DNA from: Octopus bimaculoides
Taxonomy: Eukaryota
Assembly (NCBI RefSeq): GCF_001194135.2
Contig: NC_068981.1
Location: 101,579,601 to 101,630,284, forward strand
Length of the DNA stretch: 50,684 nt
Direction: 5' to 3'
The position numbers were made by a program, and so were the translations under genes. Shown piece after piece: positions 36,046 to 49,388 of the stretch. The notes under the pieces are model-generated. The model was not told the origin of the DNA and ran no database searches. It saw only the letters and a list, made by a program, of their open reading frames with translations. Each line of letters opens with the position of its first letter. Positions within the stretch are counted from its first letter, which is position 1.

Positions 36046-36832
36046 TGTAACGATAAAGTTTTTAATTTGTGTAGTTACCAATTGTAAAGGGTAAGATTTG
36101 TTAGGTACACAATATTATGATGACGTCAGAGTCAGTAGTTGTGACGATAAAAATTGTTGTTATAACGACATGTTGCAAGATGCGAAAGATGAACAATGCA
36201 TGAAGTTTTAAGGAAATATTTATTTACCGTTACGTTACAATACCTTGCCTCGGCGGGCAGGTTATGATAGATCCAAAAGCATGCGAAGTAAAGTTTGTGT
36301 TTGTGTCCTCTTCATTGTTTAGTAGTAATTACAGAGAGAGAGATAGAATGATGTTGTAAGAGAACAGAATTAGAGCTAGTGAAAGTTGTAGGGTGTAGGA
36401 CGTTGTTTCACAGTTGCTAACAGTAAACTTCATTTCTCCCTTTGACCAAAGTTTTAGCTGGTCAGCCAGACTTCATTGTCACTGAGTCGTCACCATGTGA
36501 CTGAACTCGTTGAGTCGTCATCGACTGGTGACTAACTGATTTTTGCTTGGGGTTTTCTTGCTTTTATAACTATCTATAAGGATCGACATATCATTGAGAA
36601 CAATAAATTTAGTTGGCGGTCTTGTTATCACTATTCTAGCTTTTGGTGAAGTAGAAGAGGTTAGAAAGGGTCAAGTGGTGAAGACATTATTTCGGCCTAG
36701 CTAAAGGCATCTGGAAATTGTAAAACTGCAGTCAGAGAAAAACCATTGTTTCACCGTGGGAAAAGTTCTATTGCAGTGTTAATTTAAATTTGGCTATGGT
36801 GGATCGAATCCACTTCATGCATGCAAGATCCA
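36046..36832 (-). repeat. 5' portion of the non-autonomous Helitron-derived family; inverted partner of 44097-44849
   Basis: Continuous reverse-complement match to 44097-44849 with two small insertions. Confidence 0.9.
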
Positions 36833-37078
36833 CTACAGCGCTTAGCTGTATAGACGATTCGTCAGACTTATTTCAACGCTATAGTTATTGAATATTACAA
36901 CAGCTTACTATTATATACTATATAACTATTAAAACTATAAATGTAGCTATTCTCCTGCTGGATTTCTTGTAATACTCCTCATCAGACTAGCTGGGTGGTC
37001 ATCGCTTTAATTCCTGACGTTCCGACCATATTATAAGCTGTGCTAGACTGCATGTTACAAGGAGCACTCAAGCGTGAA

Positions 37079-37403
37079 GGCGTATAGCTCAGTGGTCAGA
37101 GCGTCGGGCTTATAATCGTGAGTTCGATTCCCGGACAAGGTTGTGAGTTGTCTTGAGCAAGACACTTTATTTCACGTTACTCCAGTTCACTTAACTGTAG
37201 AAATGAGTTGCGATGTCATTGGTGCCAAGCTGTACCGGCCTTTGCCTTTCCCTTGTACAACATCGGAAGCGTGGAGAGGGGGTGCTGGTTTGCATGGGTG
37301 ACTGCTGGTCTTCAACAAACAAATTTTCACGGACTTGTGCCTAGGAGGGTAACTTTCTAGATGCAATTTCATGGTTATTCGTGACTGAAGGCCGTCTTTA
37401 CAT
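37079..37403 (+). mobile_element. Full-length tRNA-derived SINE family C
   Basis: A box TAGCTCAGTGG, B box GAGTTCGATTCC, body TTGAGCAAGACACTTTATTTCACGTTACTCCAG; colinear with 46405-46733. Confidence 0.9.
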
Positions 37404-38689
37404 TATATATATATATATATNNNNNNNNNNNNNNNNNNNNNNNNNNNNNNNNNNNNNNNNNNNNNNNNNNNNNNNNNNNNNNNNNNNNNNNNNNNNNNNN
37501 NNNNNNNNNNNNNNNNNNNNNNNNNNNNNNNNNNNNNNNNNNNNNNNNNNNNNNNNNNNNNNNNNNNNNNNNNNNNNNNNNNNTATATATATATAATACA
37601 AATAATATATGAGTATATGCATATATACGTACATGTATGTACATACCTACATCTACATGTATATATATAGATGCATATCTGGGTACAGGACGTTGCAAAA
37701 AAAACGTGGACGAAATGATAAACAGAGTACAGAAAACACACAAGCTACATAGAGAACATTTCCTTCATCAGTTGCCACCATTCTAAAACTAAGCGTTTCG
37801 AAGAGTTTGGGCAGAACGCATTGTTAGAATGACTCTTCCCACGGACTACAAATTAAATTTGTACCGTGGAGGAATGTAGTGATATATATATATATATATA
37901 TATATAATTTGCGACAGTAATATATAATCTTGTGCCTTTATTTTTCTCTTAGAGAATTCAGGCAGACAGTTGGTTGGAAAAGCTCTCTTGCTTAGGTATC
38001 AGTGGCAGAAATTCGAGTACGAAACTTTGGAGAGACCATAGAAATGAGTTGTGAAACCTTTGTATGTTTATGAAGGTGTGTGAGCCTCCAGGAAGGAATT
38101 GTGTGAAGGTCTGTATCGAGTGGGATCGGCAATGATGATGATTTTCGTTGTAGTGACTAGTATAATTCTATGTCTGAAATAACTAGAATCTAATCTATTC
38201 AACCAGAGAAATATTCCATTCGGACTTCATGCAATTAGCGTCTATACATTGATACCCGTGTTCGTAAGATGTTTAACGCTATGGGGAGTAACTCTAATAG
38301 CAACAAAGAAGAGGTTGGTTGTTATGGTAACACAGATAAATTATATCCACATAGTGAACGCTCCCTACAGGATACATACAACAACACACATAGATGAATA
38401 CATACTTTAAAACGGTTGGCAATGCTTAGCTACTTATAATCAGGAACAATCTCTTGCAAAAGACAGCTGAATATAAAAACAAACTCAAATGACTTATTTT
38501 TTTTCCAGTATTCCTTTGTATGGAAGCGCACCAAGTAACAAAATCTTTTGCAGGATTGCAGGGAAAGGTATACGCAAGCATGGCTTTTCTCAGTCAAAAC
38601 TTGCTGTGGAGAATTCCCTGCGTAATAGTATGAAGAAGGCCTAAAGGCACTGAATTAAGAAGAAGGAAGAGAAAGGCATTTGCGCACAC

Positions 38690-39125
38690 TGGCAGAGGCA
38701 GCAAAAAGAACTTCGTACTATGTTTGGGGGTATCATGGCAGATAATAAATAATGAAAGAGCGCAACAGCGAGATTTGAAAAGAGAGAAGCAGAGAATATA
38801 CAGGGAAAGAGTGCCGAAAAAAAAGAAATAAGAATTAGGAGCAGAGAGAAGAATCACGAACGTGAAGCATTGACCAAGGAGGAAAGAACGAAATTTATGC
38901 AAGAAATACAACTAAGAAGTGTCGTATAACGACCGAGGAAGATGACACTAATTGGGAAAGAATGATAATTGTTAGTCAAAAAGGAAGGCAAAATATGAAT
39001 GACGACAAAAGAATATTCAACATAAGCAAGAATAAGAAAACGGGTAAGGAAAAAAAAAAAAAAACACAGCGAAGAGAACAGGCAAGAATACCGAGGACAA
39101 ATGTAGGACATTTCAGGAATGGAGA
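38690..39125 (+). mobile_element. Purine-rich charged-region remnant of the Helitron-derived family
   Basis: GAGGAAGATGACACTAATTGGGAAAGAATG..CAAAATATGAATGACGAC.. aligns with 32840-33010. Confidence 0.55.
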
Positions 39126-39239
39126 GGAATGAATATATAGTGGAGCAATGAATATATCTTGCGATGCCTTAAACTACTGCTAGACGGCAAAGGTGAGAGA
39201 ACATACACACACACACACACACACGCGCGCGCGCGCGTT

Positions 39240-39970
39240 TCTATTATGACGTAATAAATGATGATCGGATTTTTAAAACCCAAACGTATTTGGTCATCTT
39301 TCAAATCTTCAAAAACCAGCATCAGAATAACTTGGACGGACTATTTCACGTATTAAATCTCAGGCAACATTTGAGATATTTCAGTGATGAGCATTGAAGT
39401 GATTTCATCTATAAAACACAAAATTGAATACAAACGCACACATCTATGTACATTCGTGAATGTTCACGATACATAGCAAACACATAACTACACAAACTTA
39501 CATGAATACATACACATACTTTAAAGAGTTTTGCAATGCTTAGTAACATATGAAGAAGAACTAAGTTCTTGCAAAAGAAAAACTAAAAGACAAACAAGCA
39601 AAAGCACATATTTTGTCTGTATTCGTAACTTAGTTTTTGAAAATAATTGCAAAAGTATATCCAAAACAAAGTTTGTGCAAATATCTATATATTAGAAAAG
39701 CTCTACCTATATGACTACATACACATACTTTAAAATGTTTTTCAATTCCAAACAAAATATATATGAGAATTAATACATGCAAAACAGAGATAAATTTTAT
39801 AAAAATCCCATTTGATATATTTTTATCCGTATTCCTAAGTCTGTATTTAAGATATGTATAAACCTATGTCCTGAATACGGAGTTTTACCGAATATATAAT
39901 ATCAAGCGCTTCTTAAATTATTACTGAAATGCAGTTTGGTATGTCATAGTAGACTATGTTCATAGAACAT
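39240..39970 (+). repeat. Dispersed repeat family 2, long copy
   Basis: Contains TTCTATTATGACGTAATAA, ACACATACTTTAAA..GCAATGCTTAGTAAC (also at 38400, 46140, 49410) and AAAATCCCATTTGATATATTTTTA..CTTAAATTATT (also at 49460-49600). Confidence 0.6.
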
Positions 39971-40326
39971 CACTGTTAGAGAAGTGGTGAAGATACTGGG
40001 AAAGATTACGGAAAGGAAAAAGCACAAGAAATAGCGAGAGGTAACAGGAATGATGAAAAATATTAACCCAGGCAGAAAAGAATGAAATCAATGCAACTCG
40101 AATGTAACGTATAACGGACAACGAAACCGAAAGCTAACAGGGAAAGATAGATAGATATATATCTATACAAGCATGCATATTAATAGATATATATCTATAC
40201 AAGCATGCATATTAAAACACATAAATATATATATACTTGCATATGTTTCACATATATATGTGTTTGAATAATGCGTGTGTTTCTATATGTGAACACATTT
40301 TCATTTAAAAGTAAATCCATGCATGC

Positions 40327-40830
<504 letters not shown>

Positions 40831-41283
40831 ATGCTCACTTTTGCTAGAATACCGTTGACAGAGTTCATCCATTCACATATTAAGCCAGTTGTGAGTACAG
40901 CTGGTAACATTTAAAGCATTAAGACCTGTTGCATGTTCAGCTCGTCGATAAGAAAAGTGACACCCACCAGGATAATCTTGTGAGGAGGATTGCTAGAAAA
41001 CCTGAGAAGACAAAAAGAAAAAAAATTATGTGAAAAGAACATCCACCTGGAGGCCTGGTCATTAACGGGCACATATGACCGTGTTCAGTAGCGAGTTAGT
41101 TCATAGCAGTAACATATTCTAATGTTCCACTATCTTAGTGTTGAAACCAACCAGCCAGCCAGCCAACCAACCAACTACTCCAATAACAAAAAAAAAGACA
41201 AAAAACAAAAAAACAACCACCCCAAACAGACAATTCAAAAACGAAAACATAAAAATCAAATAAAATAAGAAATATAAATATTT

Positions 41284-41465
41284 TATTTCTTTATTGCCTA
41301 CAGAGATAAACATAGAAGGGATAAACAAGGACAGACAAAGGAATTAAGTCGATTATATTGATCCCCAGTGCATAACTGGTACTTATTTAATCGACCCCGA
41401 AAGGATGAAAGGCAAGTCGACCTCGGCGGAATTTGAACTCAGAACGTAACGACAGACGAAACACC
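41284..41465 (-). mobile_element. SINE family B (B2 tail), 3' part; its head continues at 43152-43190
   Basis: Family B body, interrupted at AGACGAAACACC (41454-41465). Confidence 0.9.
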
Positions 41466-43151
41466 TATTTCTTTATTACCCCAAAAAGGCTAAACAAAGA
41501 ATTTTTAAGATATCACAAAACATAAAGATGGCACAAAACACTACAAACATAAAATTGGGGAACTAAAAATTACAAAAGCGAATGATAATAGTAGAAGAAA
41601 AATTAAAATAAAATGATAATATGCAAGAATGAAAAAATGAGGCGCAATGTCCACTTGACCCCCGAAGTCGGGTGGTTACATTTATCCAGTTTTTCACTTT
41701 TACGTTAAACATCATGTAAACATTTTAACTGTTTTGCGACTCAAAAAATTGAAACATTCGCATTACATTTCTCCCATTAACCGCTGTTACTTGTGTCCTT
41801 ATCAACTGCAAATAATCAGTTCTAGGGGGTGGTGTCTCCTCCAACCATACCCTTATCGTTGTTATATTTTCACCAAGTTCTTTTATGTACTCCCAGTAGT
41901 TTTCCTCATGTATCAAAATACATTTCTCAGCACATTTCTCTTGCATCTTCAGTCTTATTATTTTCTCCAGCTTTGCGATTTTTCTCTCCATCTGCTCGCT
42001 CTTCTCGTACTTTATTAAAACCCCCTTGTATTTGACATCTTTATCTGTTCTCTCCTCCTCTTCTTGTACATTATTAGTTTCTGACTTTTCTATCTCATTT
42101 TTGTTTTCTGTTGACCGTTCCTTTGACTTATTTTTCTTTCGCTTTTTAGGGTTAGTAGCTCAATTTTCGTTCTTCTCCTTTGTTTCCTGTTTCACACTTC
42201 TGTCTCTCTTTCATTTCCTCAGTGTGGTCTACAATGCTTTCCTCCTCTGCTTGTGCTTTCTCTTGCTGTGGCTGTGTGAACTCATATAGGGGGCATTTGG
42301 TCTACATATGACCTCTCTCCCCGCATATTTAGTAATTTGGTTTCCTTCCCTCAACTACGACATTTAACGTTCTTTCATCCTCCACTTCTATCTGGTAGGG
42401 AATTCTTTCTATGTCCTCGAATGTAGCAAAAAGTCTCATTACGAGTCCAAATCCCCACCAGTTGTGTACTTTTGATTCCGCCACTGGTCCCAATTCCGGA
42501 TCCTCCTTGGTTGCAGCCAGCACTGTTGCAACCAACCACTCCGGTATAATTTCTGATGGAACTCTCACATTTCTTCTTCCTCTATAACTTGGTAGTAATG
42601 CTATTTTTGTACTTTTAAAATGTTGGTCGCATGCTTGGTTGCCTCTTCTATAGTGGCGAACCTCACCTCTACCGTACCGAACTTTCTTCCTCTGCTGATG
42701 TACGTGGCTTCATTCACAATTTCACCCAGGCACTCCTCGATTTCTTCTTCCGTCACCNNNNNNNNNNNNNNNNNNNNNNNNNNNNNNNNNCAATACACAA
42801 CTGACCTCAGAATTTTGTCTTCCTTGGTCTCTTTTTTTTGGGGGGGGGGAGGACAATTAGTATGAGTCTCCCTCTACTTCTATCAAATTCCTGCTTCTGC
42901 TCACCTCCTCCATATCCAGCTTGATCAACTTAGTTTCCAGCGGCACTGGCTTTTTCGCTGCAGTGGCCCTGGCGTAGCTCTCCATACTGGAGACACTACC
43001 ACTCGCCACAGCTGGTGAAAAAACACAGCGGCTCGCGTGAAACGTAACAGCAATAATTCCACAAAAAAATCACAATTATTCAAAGAGACAACTTACAGTA
43101 GTTCACACAGTTTTCACAGAGTAACACAGCAATTTTCACAATAATTCACAG
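41466..43151 (-). mobile_element. ORF1-only L1/Tx1-like non-autonomous retroelement flanked by a 12-bp TSD
   Basis: TSD AGACGAAA(C/T)ACC at 41454-41465 and 43152-43163; 5'UTR about 43151-42986; ORF1 remnant; no endonuclease or RT motifs seen. Confidence 0.7.
41725..42985 (-). pseudogene. LINE ORF1 (RRM-like region plus CCHC zinc knuckle) pseudogene
   Basis: ATG at 42985 (MESYARATAAKKP), EEEIEECLGEIV..YISRGRKFGTVEVRFATIEEA, IPYQIEVEDERTLNVVVEGRKP, then (C)xICGERGHMxTKCP knuckle at ~42330-42290; stops, frameshifts and a 33-N gap. Confidence 0.75.
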
Positions 43152-43696
43152 AGACGAAATACCGTTAAGCATTTCACCCGGCATTCCATTCAGAGACTAC
43201 AGTAGATACCAAATGAGTTAGTTTTTCATGCGGCAAAAAGAAGAAAAAGAAAAGAAAAAAAGGGGTTATAGCCCATTATTGAGAAACACTAGTGAAGTCT
43301 ACGAGATAAAGGTATTTATTTAATTTAGCCATAACGGAATGATAGATATTGCTTAGTTTCATATACCCCACCCCCATCTCTTGCTGCACTCCTCATTTCT
43401 TTTAACTGTTTCATGTCTCGTGTATAGATGAATTTCTGTACGCTTTGGATTTTCGTCAACAATACTTTACAGCTGAATATAATGTAGCACATATCTTTTC
43501 GAGTATTCAATCAGCTAACTGGTAGGAAAAGATCTCTTGACTAGATCATATAACTACCAGAAATTTGGGTGTGAAACCTTAGTGTCATCATGAACATGAG
43601 GTGTGAGATACAAGGAAAAATATTGGGGCCCCTGCTGACTGGTGACGATGACAAAAATCTCCTGTGTGAAATAATTAGAATCTAGAATTTCTTTCT

Positions 43697-44094
43697 TACT
43701 CTTTTACTTGTTCAGTAAATTGACTGCGGCCACGCTGGAGTACCGCCTTAAAGGGTTAGTGTGTGTGTATTTTGGTCGAGGAAATTGGCCCCAACAATTA
43801 TTCTTTGTAAGCCTAGTACTTATTCTATCAATCGCTTTTGCCGAACCGCTAAGTTATGGGGACGTAAACACACTAACATCGGTTGTCAAGCGATGGTGAG
43901 AGGACAAACACAGGCACAAAGACACACACACAAATATATATATATACATATATATATACGGCGGGATTCTTTCAGTTTCCATTTACCAAATCCACTCACA
44001 AGGCTTTGGTCGACTCGAGGCTATAAGAAAAGATACTTGTCCAAGGTGCCATGCAGTGGGACTGAATATAGAACCATGTGGTTGGGAAGCAAGC
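43697..44094 (-). mobile_element. SINE family A copy
   Basis: Colinear with 40327-40810. Confidence 0.92.
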
Positions 44095-44100
44095 TTTGGA

Positions 44101-45322
44101 TCTTGTATGCATGAAGTGGATTCGATCCACCATAGCCAAATTTAAAATAACACTGCAATAGAACTTTTCCCACGGTGAAACAATGGTTTTTCTCTGACAG
44201 CAGTTTTACATTTTCCAGATGCCTTTAGCTAGGCCGAAATAATGTCTTCACCACTTGACCCTTCTAACCTCTTCTACTTCACCAAAAGCTAGAATAGAGA
44301 TAACAAGACCACCAACTAAATCTATTGTTCTCAAAGATATGTCTATCCTTCTGGATCGTTATAAAAGCAAGGAAACTCCAAGCAAAAAGTTAGTTTAGTC
44401 ACCAGTCGGTGACGACTCAATGAGAACGAAGTCTGGCTGACCAGCTAGAACCTTTGTCAGAGGGAGAAATGAAGTTTACTGTCAGCAACTGTGAAACAAC
44501 GTCCAATACCCTACACCTTTCACTAGCACTAATTCTGTTCTCTTACAACATCGTTCTATCTCTCTAATTACTACTAAATAATGAAGAGGACACAAACTTT
44601 ACTTCGCATAACCTGCCCGTTGAGGCAAGGTATTGTAACGTAACGGTAAATAAATACTTTCTTAAAACTTCATGCATTGTTCATCTTTCGCATCCTGCAA
44701 CATGTTATAACGGCAAATTTTTATCGTCACAACTGCTGACTCTGACGTCATCATAATACTGTTTACTAATTAATATCTCCCCTTATAATTGGTGACCCTC
44801 GACTTCTACGCAAATTATTATCGTTACAACTAAAAACTTTATCGTTACAAACTGGCGATCACGACGTTGCACCATAACACACATCGCTACAACAATAAAA
44901 CAATAACCGTTACATATATGTAACGGTATATCCTGGTTTGGAGAGGAAATATGAATGAAGAGGATCGGCAAAGATATTTAGAACAAGTGCGTAACTGTGC
45001 AAGAGCACGAAAAGTAACAGTAAATAATCAGGAGGTGTCATTTAGTATTGGAGTAATGAATTTAAAATGTCCTTATAGTAATGTGGTTTACAGTATCAGG
45101 TTGAAACCTTGAACTGCTGCTGAAACGGGAATGGTAAGTTACCAGATTTTGTAAACTGGTCTGCAATACTTTTTTTCAGTGCAATACTTTTATTCTAACT
45201 AGCAAGAAATGAATGAAAGCCTCATGAATGGAACGGCAGGGTATTATTATCGACTGGTGAAATTTTCATGGCTGACATTTCACTATATATAGCAGCCATG
45301 AAATTTCTACGAGAACCGCTAG
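44101..45322 (+). mobile_element. Apparently full-length non-autonomous Helitron (A|TC...hairpin-CTAG), about 1.2 kb
   Basis: Starts A|TCTTG at 44101; SIGVMNLKCPY..ETLNCC*NGNGKLPD remnant at 45043-45150; hairpin-like ATGAAATTTCTACG, then CTAG at 45319-45322. Confidence 0.65.
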
Positions 45323-45722
45323 GTATTTATTTGAATACTGAAATGGACATTATGTAAATAATTAAAGGTATTTTCCTTTGTAGGTGATAGGGCCACCATC
45401 CTTGGGTAACCCTATCCCGTACAATCAATTTTCTTCAATAAAGAAACGAAAACGCTGAATGAATTGAATAACAGCATAACAAATATTTTATTACGAGTTG
45501 CTCAGCCTTACATCTCGGGGTAAGGGCTTTGCCAGGTCACCCTTTATGGTTGGTGTGAAGACAGCGTCGGTGTAGTTGTGTGGTTGGTTAAGTTATTCTT
45601 CACTGTCTCCGTGGTAGGCTGTGTTGACTCAAGGTAGAGCGGCTCTTAGTGGTCTGGTATCTTCGAAGGCGCAGCGCTAAGAGGTAGAAAAAAACGCGGG
45701 AACGCTTGGATATAGGATGACC

Positions 45723-45802
45723 ACGCATGCACATGAGAGACTTCCTGCATGCCTTCCGGAAGACATGTCTGCGCATGCGTGGACGAACTCTCCAAAATGG
45801 CG
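45723..45802. promoter_or_regulatory. Second NRF1/ETS/YY1-type motif cluster in repeat family 2
   Basis: ACGCATGCAC 45723, ACTTCC 45740, CTTCCGGAAG 45753-45762, TGCGCATGCGT 45770-45780, AAAATGGCG 45794-45802. Confidence 0.4.
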
Positions 45803-46404
45803 ACTGGTATTAGGCATCACTACACCTTAAAGATGTTGAAGCTTGTCGCTTTTGAAATGTTTCTATTATGATGTAATAAACGGTCAGATTTTCGTAATCT
45901 AAAAATATTTGTTCATTTTTATATCTTGAAAAGCTGGAAGTGAATCTACAATCACCAAATTCTGTAATCCCGAAACATCTCGAAACCAAGTATACTCCAA
46001 ATTGTGTGACAACCGGATCAGGACATTTTCCAGACGTATACATACATGTGTATAGGAACGTATTTAAACGCATATGCACAAACATACTCACTTGTGCATA
46101 CACACCACAGCAAACATAGTGATACTGACGTACATATACACACATACTTTAAATTATTTTCCAATGCTTAGTAACAGTAATTTATAAACAAGTTTTTAAG
46201 GCTTTCACTACAAATTTTATATGGAAATTATAGCCAACACCGATTTGTTACGACGTTTCGTATTCGATTACGTCTAATGTAAGCAACAATACAACCGAAG
46301 ATAGGAAAATAGGTAATGGGTGAAATACATATTTTAGGAGTTCCTGGCCCTTCTTCAGCAGCACATCCAACCCATTAACCATTCACGAACTCTTTGCTCA
46401 AACT

Positions 46405-46733
46405 GCGGGTACATGGCTCAGTGGTTAGAACGCCGGGCTCACTATCATGAGGTGGTGTGTTCGATTCCAGGACCGGGCTGTGCGTTGTGTTCTTGAATAA
46501 GACACTTAATTACACATTGCTCCAGTTCACTCAGCTGTAGAAATGAGCTGTGACGTCACTGGTGCCAAGCTGTATCGGGTTTTGCCTTTCCCTTGGGTAA
46601 CATCGCTGGCGTGGTATGCATGGGCGACTGCTGATCTTCCATAAACAACCTTGTCTGGACTTGTGCCACGGAGGGTAACTTTATAGGTGCAATACCATGG
46701 TCATTCATGAACCAAGCGGGGTCTTTACCCTTT
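46405..46733 (+). mobile_element. Full-length SINE family C
   Basis: TGGCTCAGTGGTTAGAACG..GTTCGATTCC; colinear with 37079-37403. Confidence 0.9.
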
Positions 46734-47503
46734 GCAGTAGTGTAACATTATTGGATATACCAATTTTACATATTAACACATTCCTGGCAGCTGGTACGTA
46801 CATATTAATTACTTCTATAAAAAATCTGAAGAGATAACCTTAAAAAGTGATTTAATAGCACTGCTTACACGATAGAACATAGTAATGATTTATAAAGCGT
46901 TTAATATACTTTGTAGTATATTATGATTGCATAACGAAATACAGTGTGCCCACAAATACAGTAGAACCTCGCAGTACTAGTGCACCATTGTACGAGTAAT
47001 TTGCTTATGCATTCTCTTTTTTTATAATTGTAATTTTACTTGTAACTACACCTTTCTGTTTTAAAACCCATAAAAAATGAATTTTGTGCGGCTGGAACGG
47101 ATTAATTATATTTTATTCTTTGTTTCTATGTAACTAATCATTGCAAGATATTTTAAAGTATGTGTACCTTTTCATGTAAGTTTGTGTATGTGTGTGTGTG
47201 TGTGTGTGTGTGTNNNNNNNNNNNNNNNNNNNNNNNNNNNNNNNNNNNNNNNNNNNNNNNNNNNNNNNNNNNNNNNNNNNNNNNNNNNNNNNNNNNNNNN
47301 NNNNNNNNNNNNNNNNNNNNNNNNNNNNNNNNNNNNNNNNNNNNNNNNNNNNNNNNNNNNNNNNNNNNNNNNNNNNNNNNNNNNNNNNNNNNNNNNNNNN
47401 NNNNNNNNNNNNNNNNNNNNNNNNNNNNNNNNNNNNNNNNNNNNNNNNNNNNNNNNNNNNNNNNNNNNNNNNNNNNNNNNNNNNNNNNNNNNNNNNNNNN
47501 NNN

Positions 47504-47552
<49 letters not shown>

Positions 47553-47559
47553 TATCACG

Positions 47560-47940
47560 GATAAGATGTTTTAAGAAATATAATAGCAATTGCTTTTTAA
47601 TTATCATTTTATCCCAACGGGTATTCAGAACCGGGGCATAACTGTCCAAGAGCACGAAAAATAGCAGTAAAATAACACGAGGAGCCATTTAGTATTGGAG
47701 CAATAAATAAATACATGTCCTTATAACGGTGTTCTGCAGTATCACATGAAGCGTTACGCTTGCTGCCAAAACGGTAATGGTAAGTTACTAGATTTAGTAA
47801 ACTAGCTTGTCTAAACTCAATGCTGTACTTTTAGGTAAGCAATAAATGAATGAAATGACAGGATATTATTATCGATTGGGAAAATGTTTATGCCTGACAT
47901 ATTTACTACAAATATAGATCGTAGAATTTTTACGGGAAAT
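47560..47940 (+). mobile_element. Non-autonomous Helitron-derived element, copy 3 (Zn-finger remnant and 3' hairpin)
   Basis: TTTAGTATTGGAG..TGTCCTTAT..TGCTGCCAAAACGG..GGTAAGTTACTAGAT at 47690-47795; CGTAGAATTTTTACG hairpin at ~47920. Confidence 0.65.
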
Positions 47941-49388
47941 ATATATATATGTAAAGGAACGACCGTGCGAACTCAAAAAGGAGAAACGGTGACGGATGGA
48001 AAAACAGAGGACTCCTTTTGTTTAAACGCGTCACACGGTCGAACACAAAATATATATCAATGATGATATACATTATATGTTATACTACGATAACATAGAT
48101 GACCAGTAATGAAAGACCACAACCGTATTAGATGAATAACAGAGATATTTATTATGGCGTTAGAATGTATGTCTGTGTGAGAGTGTGAATGCGACATATA
48201 AAAACATAATCAAAGACAAGCCGTCATACCAAGAAAAGTGTGTATGTGAGTGATACATGTGTGTGAGTTATTACAGTAGATGGAAAGAGAGTCAATAACA
48301 CGTGAGCAATTATACCAGTTCTTTAGTACACTATAGGAAAAAGTTCTGTATGTGAAAGTGAGGAGGCTGAGTGTGGCAGAGCTGATCACTAGTTGTGATG
48401 TCGTGGCATCGNNNNNNNNNNNNNNNNNNNNNNNNNNNNNNNNNNNNNNNNNNNNNNNNNNNNNNNNNNNNNNNNNNNNNNNNNNNNNNNNNNNNNNNNN
48501 NNNNNNNNNNNNNNNNNNNNNNNNNNNNNNNNNNNNNNNNNNNNNNNNNNNNNNNNNNNNNNNNNNNNNNNNNNNNNNNNNNNNNNNNNNNNNNNNNNNN
48601 NNNNNNNNNNNNNNNNNNNNNNNNNNNNNNNNNNNNNNNNNNNNNNNNNNNNNNNNNNNNNNNNNNNNNNNNNNNNNNNNNNNNNNNNNNNNNNNNNNNN
48701 NNNNNNNNNNNNNNNNNNNNNNNNNNNNNNNNNNNNNNNNNNNNNNNNNNNNNNNNNNNNNNNNNNNNNNNNNNNNNNNNNNNNNNNNNNNNNNNNNNNN
48801 NNNNNNNNNNNNNNNNNNNNNNNNNNNNNNNNNNNNNNNNNNNNNNNNNNNNNNNNNNNNNNNNNNNNNNNNNNNNNNNNNNNNNNNNNNNNNNNNNNNN
48901 NNNNNNNNNNNNNNNNNNNNNNNNNNNNNNNNNNNNNNNNNNNNNNNNNNNNNNNNNNNNNNNNNNNNNNNNNNNNNNNNNNNNNNNNNNNNNNNNNNNN
49001 NNNNNNNNNNNNNNNNNNNNNNNNNNNNNNNNNNNNNNNNNNNNNNNNNNNNNNNNNNNNNNNNNNNNNNNNNNNNNNNNNNNNNNNNNNNNNNNNNNNN
49101 NNNNNNNNNNNNNNNNNNNNNNNNNNNNNNNNNNNNNNNNNNNNNNNNNNNNNNNNNNNNNNNNNNNNNNNNNNNNNNNNNNNNNNNNNNNNNNNNNNNN
49201 NNNNNNNNNNNNNNNNNNNNNNNNNNNNNNNNNNNNNNNNNNNNNNNNNNNNNNNNNNNNNNNNNNNNNNNNNNNNNNNNNNNNNNNNNNNNNNNNNNNN
49301 NNNNNNNNNNNNNNNNNNNNNNNNNNNNNNNNNNNNNNNNNNNNNNNNNNNNNNNNNNNNNNNNNNNNNNNNNNNNNNNNNNCCCGCA

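Noticed and set aside
40148-40215. ~32-bp local tandem duplication (AGATATATATCTATACAAGCATGCATATTAA x2)
   Set aside because: Ordinary slippage duplication in a microsatellite context.
46245-46360. Hammerhead half-motifs on the minus strand (CTGAAGA at ~46350; CGAAACGTCG at ~46251)
   Set aside because: The halves are about 100 nt apart with no convincing helices.
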